This document shows positions 15,040-27,248 of a DNA stretch of 35,058 bases, in pieces (positions within the stretch are counted from its first letter, which is position 1; the number at the start of each line of letters is the position of its first letter). The stretch spans positions 1 through 35,058 of the forward strand of contig CAJVPI010000329.1 in assembly GCA_910592345.1 (NCBI GenBank). The letters run 5' to 3'. The DNA is from Paraglomus brasilianum. Lineage: Eukaryota. The position numbers were made by a program, and so were the translations under genes. Below the pieces are notes generated by a model. It made no database searches and was not told the origin of the DNA. It saw nothing but the letters and a program-made list of their open reading frames with translations.

Positions 15040-16095
15040 GTGCATGTCACATTTACCTTCGGAGTCCAGTGTCCCTTTTTCGCTTCCGGCTTTAGATAAA
15101 AATTTGGTTGCTGGAAAGGATCAGTTTGTCTTGGTGGACAAGCTTTAACATAACTATTCTTTTTATGCGTCATGGTTGTCAGTCGCAAAGTGAGACTAGA
15201 GATATAAGGAGATTGACCGGACACTACTTTTGTGTTGTATGTAGAGTCTTATTCAATATTTCAATGATTTGTCTTATTCATCTTACGTCACGTTTCTAAT
15301 GGATTATAGAAGGAAATAAAGGAGGAAGATTGTTATAACGTTTACCGTTATCCAACAACAGTTTGCAATGACGAGCAAGCTTATAGTATATCATCCAAAG
15401 TCGGGACTAAAACAGGGACACTGGACTCCTGAGGTAAATATGACATGCAGTATACTTTGGAGTCCTATTCAATATATCAATAACTTTGTCTTATTTATTT
15501 TACTATCGTTACATTCCTAATGGGATCATAGGAGGATGAAATACTCTTGCACATTGTAAAAAAATTTGGCCCACATAACTGGGAAAAGAACTCTATATAC
15601 CATCCTACTCGGAACGGCAAGCATATGAGGGCACGATGGCTATGTCACTTAAGAGAAGGAGGTAAAGATTTTAAAATAAAAGTTGATTACGCTGTCATTG
15701 TCAATAAAATTCACTAACGCATCCTCTTATTCAATAGTTAACAAAAGCCCATTCACAGAAGAAGAGGTCACCATTGTTTACTATATGCATGACATAGAAA
15801 AAAAAGGATGGGCCGAAATTGCAAAAAGACTTGGCAATGGACGCACGCCAAGCTCGTGTCAAAACGTATATTACAAAATCGTCGCCAAGAATCTTGAGAA
15901 TTATCAAAAATCTGCTAGCAGACGGTTGTCAGAGTGAGTACTTACTGACGTTGTTGTATGTATCGAATTTATAGTAATTTCTTACTAATAAATCTCTCTC
16001 GAATTTATTAGCAAAGAAAAGATGGCAATAGATTCTCTTTTAACAGTGAAGCATATGGCTGAGAATAAAATGGATATCAAAGGTTAATAGAATAA
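15040..16095 (+). pseudogene. Myb copy F: first exon inverted, exon 2 frameshifted, Myb and C-terminal exons intact and A-like
   Basis: 15040-15243 is exon 1 in reverse orientation (minus-strand MTHKKNSYVKACPPRQTDPFQQPNF...GHWTPK). The exons from 15532 to 16095 closely match copy A. Confidence 0.82.
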
Positions 16096-16742
16096 CATGC
16101 AATCACAAAAAAAGCCACCTATAGTAAATATTTCGAACGGCATTCTAAATAAATATTCCCACTACCACTCTTAGCATCAAATAAAACTGCCGACATATTT
16201 TATTCATCCAAACCTACCTCCTTTTCTCCGTTTATTACTCTCTGACTCGTCTCTCATTTATCGCGTCATGTTTAACCTTACACAGAATCGTTTTCTGTGA
16301 CAAAATTCTCCTAAAGGAGAACGAACCAATCGAGGATTGAAGAATAATACTTCAATAGGCATTACAGACGCGCCCAACTTACAGGCGTCGACAGCTTGTT
16401 TTTTCTGCATCAAAATTCAATTCTGATAGGATGGCATAATTATCTCTTTGTCCTTACATACACTGACATCTCGTTCAAATGCTATTACGTATTGCGCTGA
16501 CTAATCTTGTTCCTAAAATGCAAATCTCTGTTATACTAACTTTCCATACACACTACCTTATTTGTCATCCTGTACATGCAAATATTTAACAACAATCTCC
16601 TTATATATCTAGTCTCACTATAATTACCCTTTGTCCACGCAAGAAAATTGAAGAGTCAAACTCTTGGAAGCCCTAAAAACTATTACACACACATTCGTAT
16701 ACTTACAACTACTTCTTTACAGAAAAAAATTCAACTGGAGAG

Positions 16743-17622
16743 ATGGGTTTGTCAAGTTTACAGATAGAAGATGTGGTAAGCTTAGATGTGCATATGTTTA
16801 TCAATTTACATTATCGATGCGTGGTGTCAAATAATTCGTTCTATATCTTACCATTTGCTGTATTTTAATGGATTATAGGAGCAAATGAAGACGGAAGATT
16901 GTGATAACTTTTACGCAGATCGTTATCCAACAATAGTTTACAATAACGATTGCAAGCTTGAGAAATATCCTCTAAAGTCGGAACTAAAACAAGGACACTG
17001 GACTTCTAAGGTAAATGTGACATGCAGTATACTTTGGAGTCCTATATATCAATAATTTTGTCTTATTTATTTTACTATCGTCACATTCCTAACGGATAAT
17101 AGGAAGATAAAATGCTCTCGGACATAGTAGAAAGATTTGGCCCACATAACTGGGAAAAAAATTCTATTTACCATCCTACTCGAAACGGCAGGCAGATGAG
17201 AGAACGATGGCTATCTCACTCACAAGGAGGTAAGATTTTAAGTTGATTACGCTGTGATTGTCAATAAAATTCACTAACGCACCCCTCTTATCGAATAGTC
17301 AACAAAAACCCATTCACGGAAGAAGAGGTTGCCATTGTTTACTACATGCGTTGTATAGAGCAAAAAGGATGGGCAGATATCGCAAAAAGACTTGGCAATG
17401 GACGCACCCCAAACTCGTGTAAAAACGTTTATCACAATGTCGTGGCCAAGAATCTTAGAAGTTGTCCAAAATCTGCTAGCAAATATGAAACTATATATCA
17501 TGCAATAACGACAGTGCCGTCAGCGTAAGTAATTACGGACATTGTATGTATCGAATTTCCAGTAATTTCTTACTAACCAATTTTACTCAAAATTCATTAG
17601 TAAGAAAAAGAGTTTTTCATGA
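16743..17622 (+). CDS. Myb copy G (D-like): original exon 1 degraded, C-terminus truncated; possibly translatable from an inserted exon, otherwise a pseudogene
   Basis: Exons 16879-17010, 17103-17229 and 17299-17524 are in frame. A 10-nt deletion in the last exon gives KKKSFS* (TGA 17620-17622). A candidate ATG at 16743 and donor at 16776 lie within inserted DNA. Confidence 0.5.
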
Positions 17623-18611
17623 TGATGGATAACGGACAAGTCGGATATTACACCGTCTGAATAATATGAGTCGTAGTAGAATCTTGCAGTAAATATTTGT
17701 GTACAAAATATTAATTATAACACAAAGACACATCTATTGTATATTTTATTACAAATATCGCATTGCATTTCAGTCATCCATTATTGTTGTCTCTACCTTT
17801 GTTAGGTTAATATTATTGAACAGAGAGTACTTTTTGAGTATACCTTCATTATGATATCAGCACAACAAAATCTTAACTATAAAGTCGACATATTTAATGT
17901 TATCAATTCGTCAAAACTTGTTGGCGCCTGCACCATTGATGGTTTATTCCACTGATCCCCATCCCGACATTTATTACGTAGCTTTATGCAAGCGAGTACA
18001 AATTACTAACAAATCGAGTCATACACAAGTATAATACAAACCAAGATTGACTTCAAATATATGCGCTTGATCTGTTGAATTTACTTATTAATATAGTAAT
18101 ATTTAGCTTCGGCATTACTGACGTGCTCAACCCACAGACGTCGAGAGTTAATCAGTTGTACGAACAACAGCGCTTGATTCTTCTCATTTGAAAACTACTG
18201 CTCATAAATTCTACGCAATTTCGTTTCCTTGATTCTTGTCAACAAAGCATTCTTGCTTTTTCTGCATCAAAATTCAATTCGGATAGATGGTAGACTTATT
18301 TCTTTTGTCTTTATACATTCATGAAGATACTCTTAAAGGTTAAGCGATACCCTACTTGGCATTGTAGTCTAGGCTCATTGAAATATTGCCAATAGCGGAA
18401 AGACAGTCTTAGAATGCAATTCGTGTGATTATGACCCCAACTGTTTCTGTTATACAACTTTCTCCTCCTTATTTGTCATCCTTGAGTTACTGTACACTAC
18501 AAATATCATAACTATATGCTACTGCGTCTGTTGGAAAGTCTTTAACAGCAATATTAGCGGTTTTTTGACCAGTCTCTCATATCTTTAATCTTACTTTTGC
18601 GCTTGACAATC

Positions 18612-19666
18612 ATGACAGCTCATAGGCCTAACTGTCTCAAAGCAACCATGTACAAAGTTCCTAGAAAGAAATATAACCGTTCACGCAAGAAAATTGAAAA
18701 GTCAAACCCTTGGAAGCTACCGATGGTTCCTAAAAGCTATTTGGTAAATACACACATTCGTATACTTACAACTCTTCTCTGGTGTCTTAAATATATTTTA
18801 CTATTTGATGTATTTTATGGATTATAGGAGCAAATGAAGATGGAAGATTGTGTTAACTTTTACACAAACCGTTATACAACAATAGTTTACAATAAAGATT
18901 GCAAGCTTGAGAAATATCCTCTAAAGCCGAGACTAAAACAGGGACACTGGACTACTGAGGTAAATGTGACATGCACTTTGGAGTCCTATTCAATATTTCA
19001 ACGATTCCGTCTAATTTATCGTTACATTCCCAATGGGATTATAGGAGGATAAAATACTCTTGGACATAGTAAAAAGATTTGGCCCACATAACTGGGAAAA
19101 AAATTCTATTTACCATCCTACTCGGAACGACAAGCAGATGAGAGAACGATGGCTATCTCACTTACAAGGAGGTAAGATTTAAAATACAAGTTGACTACGC
19201 TGTCATTGTCGATGAAATTCACCAACGCATCCTCTTGTTTAATAGTCAACAAAGACCCATTCACGGAAGAAGAGGTTGCCATTATTTATTGTATGAGAAA
19301 TGGAGTAAAAAAAAAAAAAGAAGAAAGTATAGTCAAAAAAGAAAGTATAGTCGAAAAAGAAAGTCCTGTCGTAAAAAAAAGAAGAATTTTCTCAGAAGGT
19401 ATGGGATGGGCAGAAATTGCAAACAGACTTGGCAATGGACGCACGGCAAACTCGTGTAAAAACGTTTATCACAATGTCGTAGAAAAGAGTCTTCCAAAAG
19501 CTGCTAAAGGATATGAAGAGTTATATTATAAAATAAGCACGAAAGAGTTGTCGGCGTAAGTAATTACAAACGTTATTTGTATGTATCGAATTTCTCACTA
19601 ACAATTCTCAAATTTATTAGTGATGACAAGATGGCAATAGATTTTCTTGTACGTGGCGTTAGCTGA
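18612..19666 (+). CDS. Myb copy H, apparently intact, with a Lys/Glu-rich in-frame insert in the second repeat
   Basis: Exons 18612-18743, 18828-18959, 19045-19171, 19246-19555 and 19621-19666 splice in frame and end in KMAIDFLVRGVS*. Confidence 0.82.
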
Positions 19667-21205
19667 TTATAAAATGGATATCCACATGTTACTAGAATAA
19701 CATGTCAATCAAAAAAGATAATAACGGGGCGGAAGACAGGCGAAAGCAGTTAAGAAATTATACTATTTAATCACACTTATAGTGCCCCTTTTCATTTGGT
19801 TGAAATACATAAATAAACTGAAATATTAAGGTTACATACCTATTATAATTAATTCGTCCAAAAATGCAATTGGGCATCTGTGATAGCAGAACCATTGATC
19901 TGCTACGACCCCATTCTTCCTTCGCTTCGACATTCATTACACTGTTTCTAATATGCCGCCTAATGTATTGTCCGTATGGCTATTAAATGTCGTCTCCTCA
20001 TGCGAGTTTTATCGCGTCAATATTAACCTAACACAAAATAGGTTTCTACATAAAAGAAAATGAATAATATCCAAATAGCGTTCACTTACTTTGGTCGAAT
20101 AGAGTGTTGTAATAATTTAGTCTGGCTTTCGGTATTACGAGCGTGCTCAACATGCGGACTTCGAGAGTCAGTTGTACGAGCGATACTAATACGTAGCAAG
20201 CATTCTTAATAATGCGATTATATTGTATCTGGCAACACAAGCCATTCAATAAAGTGTGTGTAAAAAGTTATCATTATTGTCATTCTCAATTGTCATTTTC
20301 TCGGCGATTAGATTCATTGCTACTCTCAGTATCCCTTTTACTCACGGGAATAAAGTTTATCTCCCAAAAATAATCAAGCGCATAACTATGGCCTGGTTTT
20401 AGCTTCTAAAGTTCAAGTCTTTAAATTTTTTCAAGACGACTATTACTGCGATAGCATTTACGGCTTATCATCATTGGGATGGGTAGTGCTCATAAACCGA
20501 TTCTAAGCTAGTAAACATTTACGGAATTACGTTTGATATTGATAACCTAGTTCAGCGCTATTGCAGCCAAAGTTGACGCAAGAATAAACTTAGCCGTGTT
20601 TGTGTAGTCAGCATATATAGCTTAATAATATATGGATATTCAGTATGCTGAAAGGACGAGTGAAAGTTTTTTTATAGCGAATAGCTTGGGCAAGGACAAA
20701 GCAGCCGGTCCCAGGTTTTTATTATACACGCATGTCGTGAAAGATAAAAAAACTTGTAATGAGAGGGAAGTTAGGCTTTTACGGGCTCTGACCTGTGAAT
20801 AGCAAAAATCGTAAAAATTAATCCATTTAACAGTATGCCTGATTGATCACGTAGTTAATCGCATTTAAGTTAAATCATCAACTTCCCCACGACAACAGCT
20901 TGCCAAAATTATATTTTAAGAAGTGCGGTTACGTTATCAACACAACACGTCACTTGCCTCTATTAAGTAATCTTATGTACATTCTCCAATCTGGGACTTT
21001 AGCAAATCAATTTCCTTATTTGACTTCCACTCAACAGCTTCTTTCCATCAATCTCGCGCGCTTAATTTTCATTGATCGAACATATCTTTCGTAACGAATT
21101 CACTATTCTCAGGTTTAGATCTGTCCCCCCTCCTACCAACTCGAGTATAGTGACACTCAGTATTTCAATTTAATATTAACGTCAGTCGAAAAAGTATTCA
21201 ACAAA

Positions 21206-24200
21206 ATGGCACCAGGTCGACGGGGTAGACCCTCAAAGTCAGGCATCATTGAACACAACGAGGACTCTGGCAAAAGTCTAACATCTAATACTGGTTCGGC
21301 TCCTTTATTAAGGATCAAAATAACAAACAGACAAGTATGCTGGGAATATTGATTAATTTTTCTCCTACTATCTTGTGTGAATTATGTCCGACTTTAACTC
21401 TTTTCTAAAAGAACACGGAGGAAATGTCAAAGATTTTGCAAGAGAAATGTCTTCAAATAATGCAGGAAATGAGAGATCAAATAGCCGAAGAGTAAATAAT
21501 CATCCCTTCAAGTCTTGTTAAGGATCGCCCTTTCAAAACATTATGCTTATTTTCGAAAATTTCCTGAATAGTGGTCGAGTGTTAGCAGCCATCTTTGAGA
21601 GACTGCCGTCAAAGCGGACCTATCCTGACTACTACCAGGTCATAACTTTACCAGTTTCGTTAAGCACAATTGGAGTAAGTTAATTTATATTGATTTCATA
21701 TTTTTGTCAGATATCGATATGTCGATTTTTACGATATGTTGCTTCTTAAGGCAAAAATTACAAAACGACAGTACAAGTCGCTCGATGAATTTGGGACGGA
21801 TTGTGATCAAATGTTTATGAACGCCCAAACCTACAACTTGAAGGAGTCTCTCGTATACCAGGATTCGCAGACATTGCAGGTACAGTACTATATTGAGACT
21901 ACTTAGGGGGAGGATGTAATTTTGAGAGATCTAATATAATACGTTGTATGACTTATGAGTACAGATGTTTCTTCATAGGAATTGGTTAAAAAAAGAGTCA
22001 CGGAATTCAAAACAGCTATCAAACCAAAATCTTCAACAATTATCATTCAGTCTGGGAAAAGCACTGAACTTGCGAAAAGTACGTTTAGCGCGAATTCAAA
22101 TTGTCTTGTCGTTGTACAATTATGCAAACGGCAGTTTCTTATTCTGTTTTAATTCTCAAAAAAATTGTAGAGCTTTTTAAAGCAATAGAATCAGACGATG
22201 TAGATGCAGCAAGAAATTTTCTTCACGACAATCCCGACTTTGATGTTAATGCCCTATGGGATACAGAATACAATGGGGACAAATTTACATGGACTCCTTT
22301 ACATTGTGCAGCTTATTATGGTCGCATACAGATTCTGGGTTTACTGATGAATAGGGGAGCCAAAGTAGAGGTACAAGACACTTGGTATGGAGCTACTGCT
22401 TTAGCTTGGGCCACATATGGAGGTATGCGGCAATACAGGCAGTTACCTAGGTTGATGCAATTAGTTAACTCTCTCGCATTTTTTTATACTGAGAAGTGAT
22501 CCACATATCTCTTTTATACTCGAACTACTCTAGGTAACATCGAATTGGCGCGGCTGTTGGTTGAAGTGTACGGAGCAAACCCAAAGGCCGAAAATATGTA
22601 CGGCCAGACAGCGCTTGATTTAGCTGATCACTCATCACATCCGCAATGGGATTTTCTTCGTGATCCTGTATGTTTGTCTTTGCCTTTTTCAATCACACCT
22701 ATAAGCAAATCATGCATGTTAATTAATATATACCGCGTAATAAAAACAGCAGGAAATAGCGAGAAATTATATTGTTTACGGAGCATCACTTTCAACTGCA
22801 CCCGATTCACTAAGCACGCCGACTTCTTCTGATGGAGAGAGACTGAGACAACCATTACTACCTGAAAATTTCATCACTAATCCTACATCAATTGAAGACG
22901 AGGCCGAGCGATCAAAGTACTGTAAAGCCGTGGCTGTAAAGCGAATGGAACGTATTCTTGATGCAATAGAAAGTTCGAAGGACGCAAAGTAAGTATTTTC
23001 CACCAGAGATATACAGATTTTTTGGATTATTATTAATATCACTAACCTAACTCTTCATGATTCAGTGGGCAGCTGTTGTGTGAGCCGTTTATGGAGTTAC
23101 CTGATAAAAACGCTTGTCCGGAATACTTTTCTGCAATTGAACATGCAGATACTCTTCCTCGAATAAGAGTGAGAAATTTTTATTAACGTGTTTTACTTCT
23201 CCATCCGAGAGTTTTTGCTCATAAATGGCACCATTTCGAATTGTAGGAACGTTTACTCACGTATACATCGGTAGTAGATTTTGTATCAGATGTCGAAAGG
23301 GTCTTTAACAATGGAATAAAGGTCAATAGAATTATACCGGGAGCCGAAACCAGTGCAAGAGCTTTAAAGGTAAATGACTTGCCCATATTCTGGACTACGT
23401 AAATTCATTCAATGATACTCAACTTTTGTTTTCTAGGTTATATTTGAATGCTACAAACGATCGTTAGTTGAATTCGAAAAGGAATATATGTATCCTGGCA
23501 AGCCACAGGTATTAACGTAAATCATATCGTACATTAAAAAGTGTCTATAATATTTATTCATTTTTTCATTTTCTAGATTGACGTTCCAACTGATTTCGAT
23601 GACTTTAATGTAATTCGATGGTCAGGTGATACATATTACCGAGGTACGTATCTGTATCGTAATCCATTCGTAAATGTCAATGTCATTCGAATATTAACGG
23701 ATATGCAGGCGATTTTGTTTACATTGGCAATGACGGCGATGTCCTCTTGATACAAACAATATACAGAACGGAAGGGTAATTATCATTCTGTTAATTGCGT
23801 AGACGGTCCTTTTAACTTGCATTTTACACATGACTGACACCCCACTTGTAGTAACAATTGGCCTTTTAGCAACACATTTATATATGGACGCATCTTCAAG
23901 CAGCCACATCAGGTATGAATCCAGTAATGAATAAATGCACTAGAATGGATTTTTTAACCATGGAACTATTTTTGCAGGTACCAGTACCCGAAGATTACGA
24001 GTTATGTAAGCAAGAAGTGTTCATGTTGCAGAGTTACGAAGAGTGTCCAATTGAATATATCACTGGCAAATGCTACATAATGAGCAGAGCGGATTACGTG
24101 AACTGTAAGCATCGAATGTTATGCGGTTTGAAATGATAACGTTCTCGAGCTAACGCTTGACTCGTAAACGCAGTGCATCCGCGAGGATATACGCAAGAAA

Positions 24201-25252
24201 ACGTTTACGTCTGTCGACGAATCTACACAAAAATAAGGAAGCAAGTCGAATTCAAAAGACTCGAACTACCCTGGCTGGAAACCATCCGGTTCACTCCCCA
24301 CGTGCCGGTGAAATTGGACACTCATTTTAAAAAACTTCGCACAGTCAGATCGAGATCTTCAAGCGTGAAACGAGAAGCGCCCATAGACGAACATCCCGTG
24401 TACAGGACGAAACTGGTCCCCCCTGAATATCCTCCGCTCGAAATATATAGAGCTCGAAGGATGAAATCAGGATCAGCCGTAAATTCTCCGCAGACATTAA
24501 TTAAACTCAAACTAGGTGGTCATAGAGATATATCGCCAACACCAAAAGTCACAAGAGCCAGTGAGAGAGCGCGAGTAGCGGCTCAACAGCAACAATTGGA
24601 GAACATTGAAATGAATAGGAACGTGCTGGGTCTGGCCGATGGGTTGGGACGACCGGGTGAACTTGCAATGAAAAGTACTGCATCTCAATTAAGAAACGTT
24701 GACTTGGTTATGCCGTCGCCTTTTCTTCAGCAACCACTATTTCTTCCGACTGGTCTACCAAGCAGTTTGTCCATGCTGTCGCAGAAAGGTATGTAAACAT
24801 AGAGAAATTGTATACTGATTCATTTATATTGTCTGACTATTGTTCTCTCCATACGTGCAGATACCCCACTTTTGCAAGGCATAGGCATCGAGACACTTAC
24901 TCGCTCAAAGGCAATGTCTCTCGATACTATACACTTTCATCACAGCATGTACTTTACAAAAGACGTCGACCAACTAACGATAATTCCAATTCTCGCCACA
25001 CCTCTCCTACTGCCGTCACCCAAACCCGTGAGCATAGCTCTTCGCATTTGTGGAGAAATATTACGACCTTCTGGCGCTGTTCATTACCCCAATGCGCCGA
25101 CAATAGGACACACAAAGTTTGATGTTGTTCTGCGTTCAGGCTTGAATCCGATCGAAATACAAGTAAAAGGACCTACTCTGTTGGCTGGACAGTATCCAAT
25201 GATGGGTCATATGGCTACCCAAGATTACACGATCTTTGCATATCGTCAATAA
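21206..25252 (+). CDS. Chromatin protein with AT-hook, bromodomain, ankyrin repeats, second bromodomain and BAH domain (RSC1/2/polybromo-related)
   Basis: MAPGRRGRP (AT-hook); IFERLPSKRTYPDYYQVITLP...MFMNAQTYN (bromo 1); WTPLHCAAYYG, ATALAWATYGG, GQTALDLA (ankyrins); EPFMELPDKNACPEYF...VFNNG (bromo 2); YYRGDFVYI...ELFL...ITGKCYIM...VYVCRRIY (BAH). TAA at 25250-25252. Confidence 0.85.
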
Positions 25253-25537
25253 GGGCATGTGTCTGTGTACGATATGCGTCAGTTTGTTATTTTAGACTCG
25301 ATTCTGGTGTTGATGTAAAAAGGAGACTCGAATTTAGGTTAGAAAAATTCAGAATTGTACAGCTTTATTCAAGTGTGATAAAAATAACATTCGTTAAGGG
25401 TGTTTTATATAAATATTCATTTTGAATCCATCCGGCTCAAGAATTTTTATTATGCATCGCATAAATTTAGAAAGAAATAATTAAACACAAGCCCATATAT
25501 TGATTGGTTCACTCTTTTAATTTATCACATCAAAATT

Positions 25538-27034
25538 TCATTCATATCTTACTCCCATGCTCTCTTTAGGAGTGAATCCCATCTTTCTCAATTTTTCTGC
25601 CTGAATACGCTCGGCCGTAACACGCTTCACTTCTAGCAGCTGTTCTTTCGTGTATAACGGCCCTGTCGGTGGAGGAACATGCGACCCTTGTCGGTGCATC
25701 CTCCTAGAGTAATGATTATGATTACGCGTTAAGAATTGAATCCTTGGAACGATATCTTTAATCTCTATTAGCATGCTATTACTATTACCGTATCTCCTCT
25801 TCGTCTTTTGCAAAATCAAACGTAGCTCCTTTCTCTTCGACCTGATCACGAGAAGTATTGTAGCGTTTGGCTCGTTGCTCTGCTTCCCATTTTTCGAGAC
25901 CATAATATTTGACGTGGGGTAATGTTGCAGTGTTGTAGTCTGAACATAAACAGCGTTATTGAAATATTGGCGTCATCATGGATATCGAAAAATTATAAAT
26001 TTTCTTCCTACCTTCAACAAATCGCTTAAAATGCTCTTTCATAAGCGGAGGACTGATTGATTCAGGGTTAAGATTTTGTACTTCTAATAACCATAGGTTA
26101 AATTCCTACGGAATAAGATGGCGAGATTAAAGGCTATCAAATATACTTAAAAGAAACTCGGGCTATTCACAAGACTTACTTCTTCTTTCGATTTCATACT
26201 AGAAACGCGTTAATAGACATTATATTAAATTTTTGACCCATCTTAAAAACGACATGGATTTACAGGTAAACAACAGATGGAATACAAACTCTGTTTCTGA
26301 TATCACTCCAAATGCTCCCCATTTGTATTTAAGCGTCTTTGATTTATCTCTCTTCTTTTTCTTTTTCTAAATAGGGAAAAAAAGCCCTTATTAATCGCAA
26401 CAACTCGGTCTCTGCAATGCCAAATTCTTTTAACTAGAACACAGCCTCAACCTTTTTATCTTTTCCCTTCCTATCCTTTCGTTTTTCTTCCTTTCTTCTA
26501 CGACGTTTCCGCCTTTTGCGATCTTCTTCTGATGGTGATGAACGAGATGCAACCTCGTCACTTGAATAGTCAGACGTCGAGGATGATCGCTTCCGTTTCG
26601 AACGTTTACGCCGTGATGAGTGTTTACGATCTGCTGATGATGATGATGAGTCTGAAGATGAATCGCGAGACTTTCGGTGTGAATGGTCCCTAATAATTGA
26701 TTAATTGTAATTAACGTATAGCTAGCTTTTTGTTATTCAGAATGCAGACGAATTTAGCCTGAACATTAATGTTGGCTAACCGCTAAACAAAGTCCTGCTA
26801 TATCATGATATTACACGGTATACTCACACAAATCTCCATACGGCTCCTCTCTTACCTCTTTCTTCCTCTTGACGTAGATATTCGCATTGTCTTCGATAAA
26901 CGATGGTTGGTGAGAGACTTTGATCTCTCGTTAGATCTCGACCGTCCTCGTCGCCTAGTTTCTCTATAATCGCGTTCGGAAGAACGGGATCGAGAACGAC
27001 GACTTTTACGACGATCCGCGCTCGTTGAGCGCAT
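25538..27034 (-). CDS. Conserved uncharacterised protein with an Arg/Ser-rich N-terminus, probably nuclear/RNA-processing
   Basis: Spliced minus-strand frame: MRSTSADRRKSRRSRSRS...KWGAFGVISETD-MKSKEE-EFNLWLLEV...FKRFVEDYNTATLPHVKYY...EKLRKMGFTPKESMGVRYE*. The core resembles a eukaryotic family of unknown function. The start codon is uncertain. Confidence 0.75.
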
Positions 27035-27248
27035 TCGCCGTCTTTCAGAGGAGTGCGAGCAGGTACAGATAACAACGTAAAAGCTGATTCGCACTTTGTT
27101 GACCCTACAGTTTTCCATTCCCAACTAATAATATTTCCCACCATATGATCACATGAGACCAATCAGATTCTTAAATGCACTTAATATTAAGGGTGTGAAT
27201 TTATTATTATTATTATGTCTGTATTTCCTGCTTGCTAGAAAATTAAAA
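27035..27248. promoter_or_regulatory. Probable compact bidirectional promoter
   Basis: Only about 214 bp separate the divergent start codons of the RS-rich gene and INTS9. Confidence 0.55.

Larger units (their letters stand above)
7700..20800 (+). repeat. Tandem/segmental duplication array of Myb gene units and their spacers
   Basis: Spacer 8670-9130 recurs at 14550-15040 and 16095-16570. Spacer 12480-13400 recurs at 17660-18550. Flank 10680-10900 resembles 20480-20780. Confidence 0.92.

Noticed and set aside
15000..15224. Independent minus-strand Myb gene
   Set aside because: It is only the inverted exon 1 of copy F; no further Myb exons follow on that strand.
26824..27162. 112-aa minus-strand ORF and other short ORF-track entries overlapping genes
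   Set aside because: These are alternative-frame, antisense or intron read-through products of the spliced genes already described.
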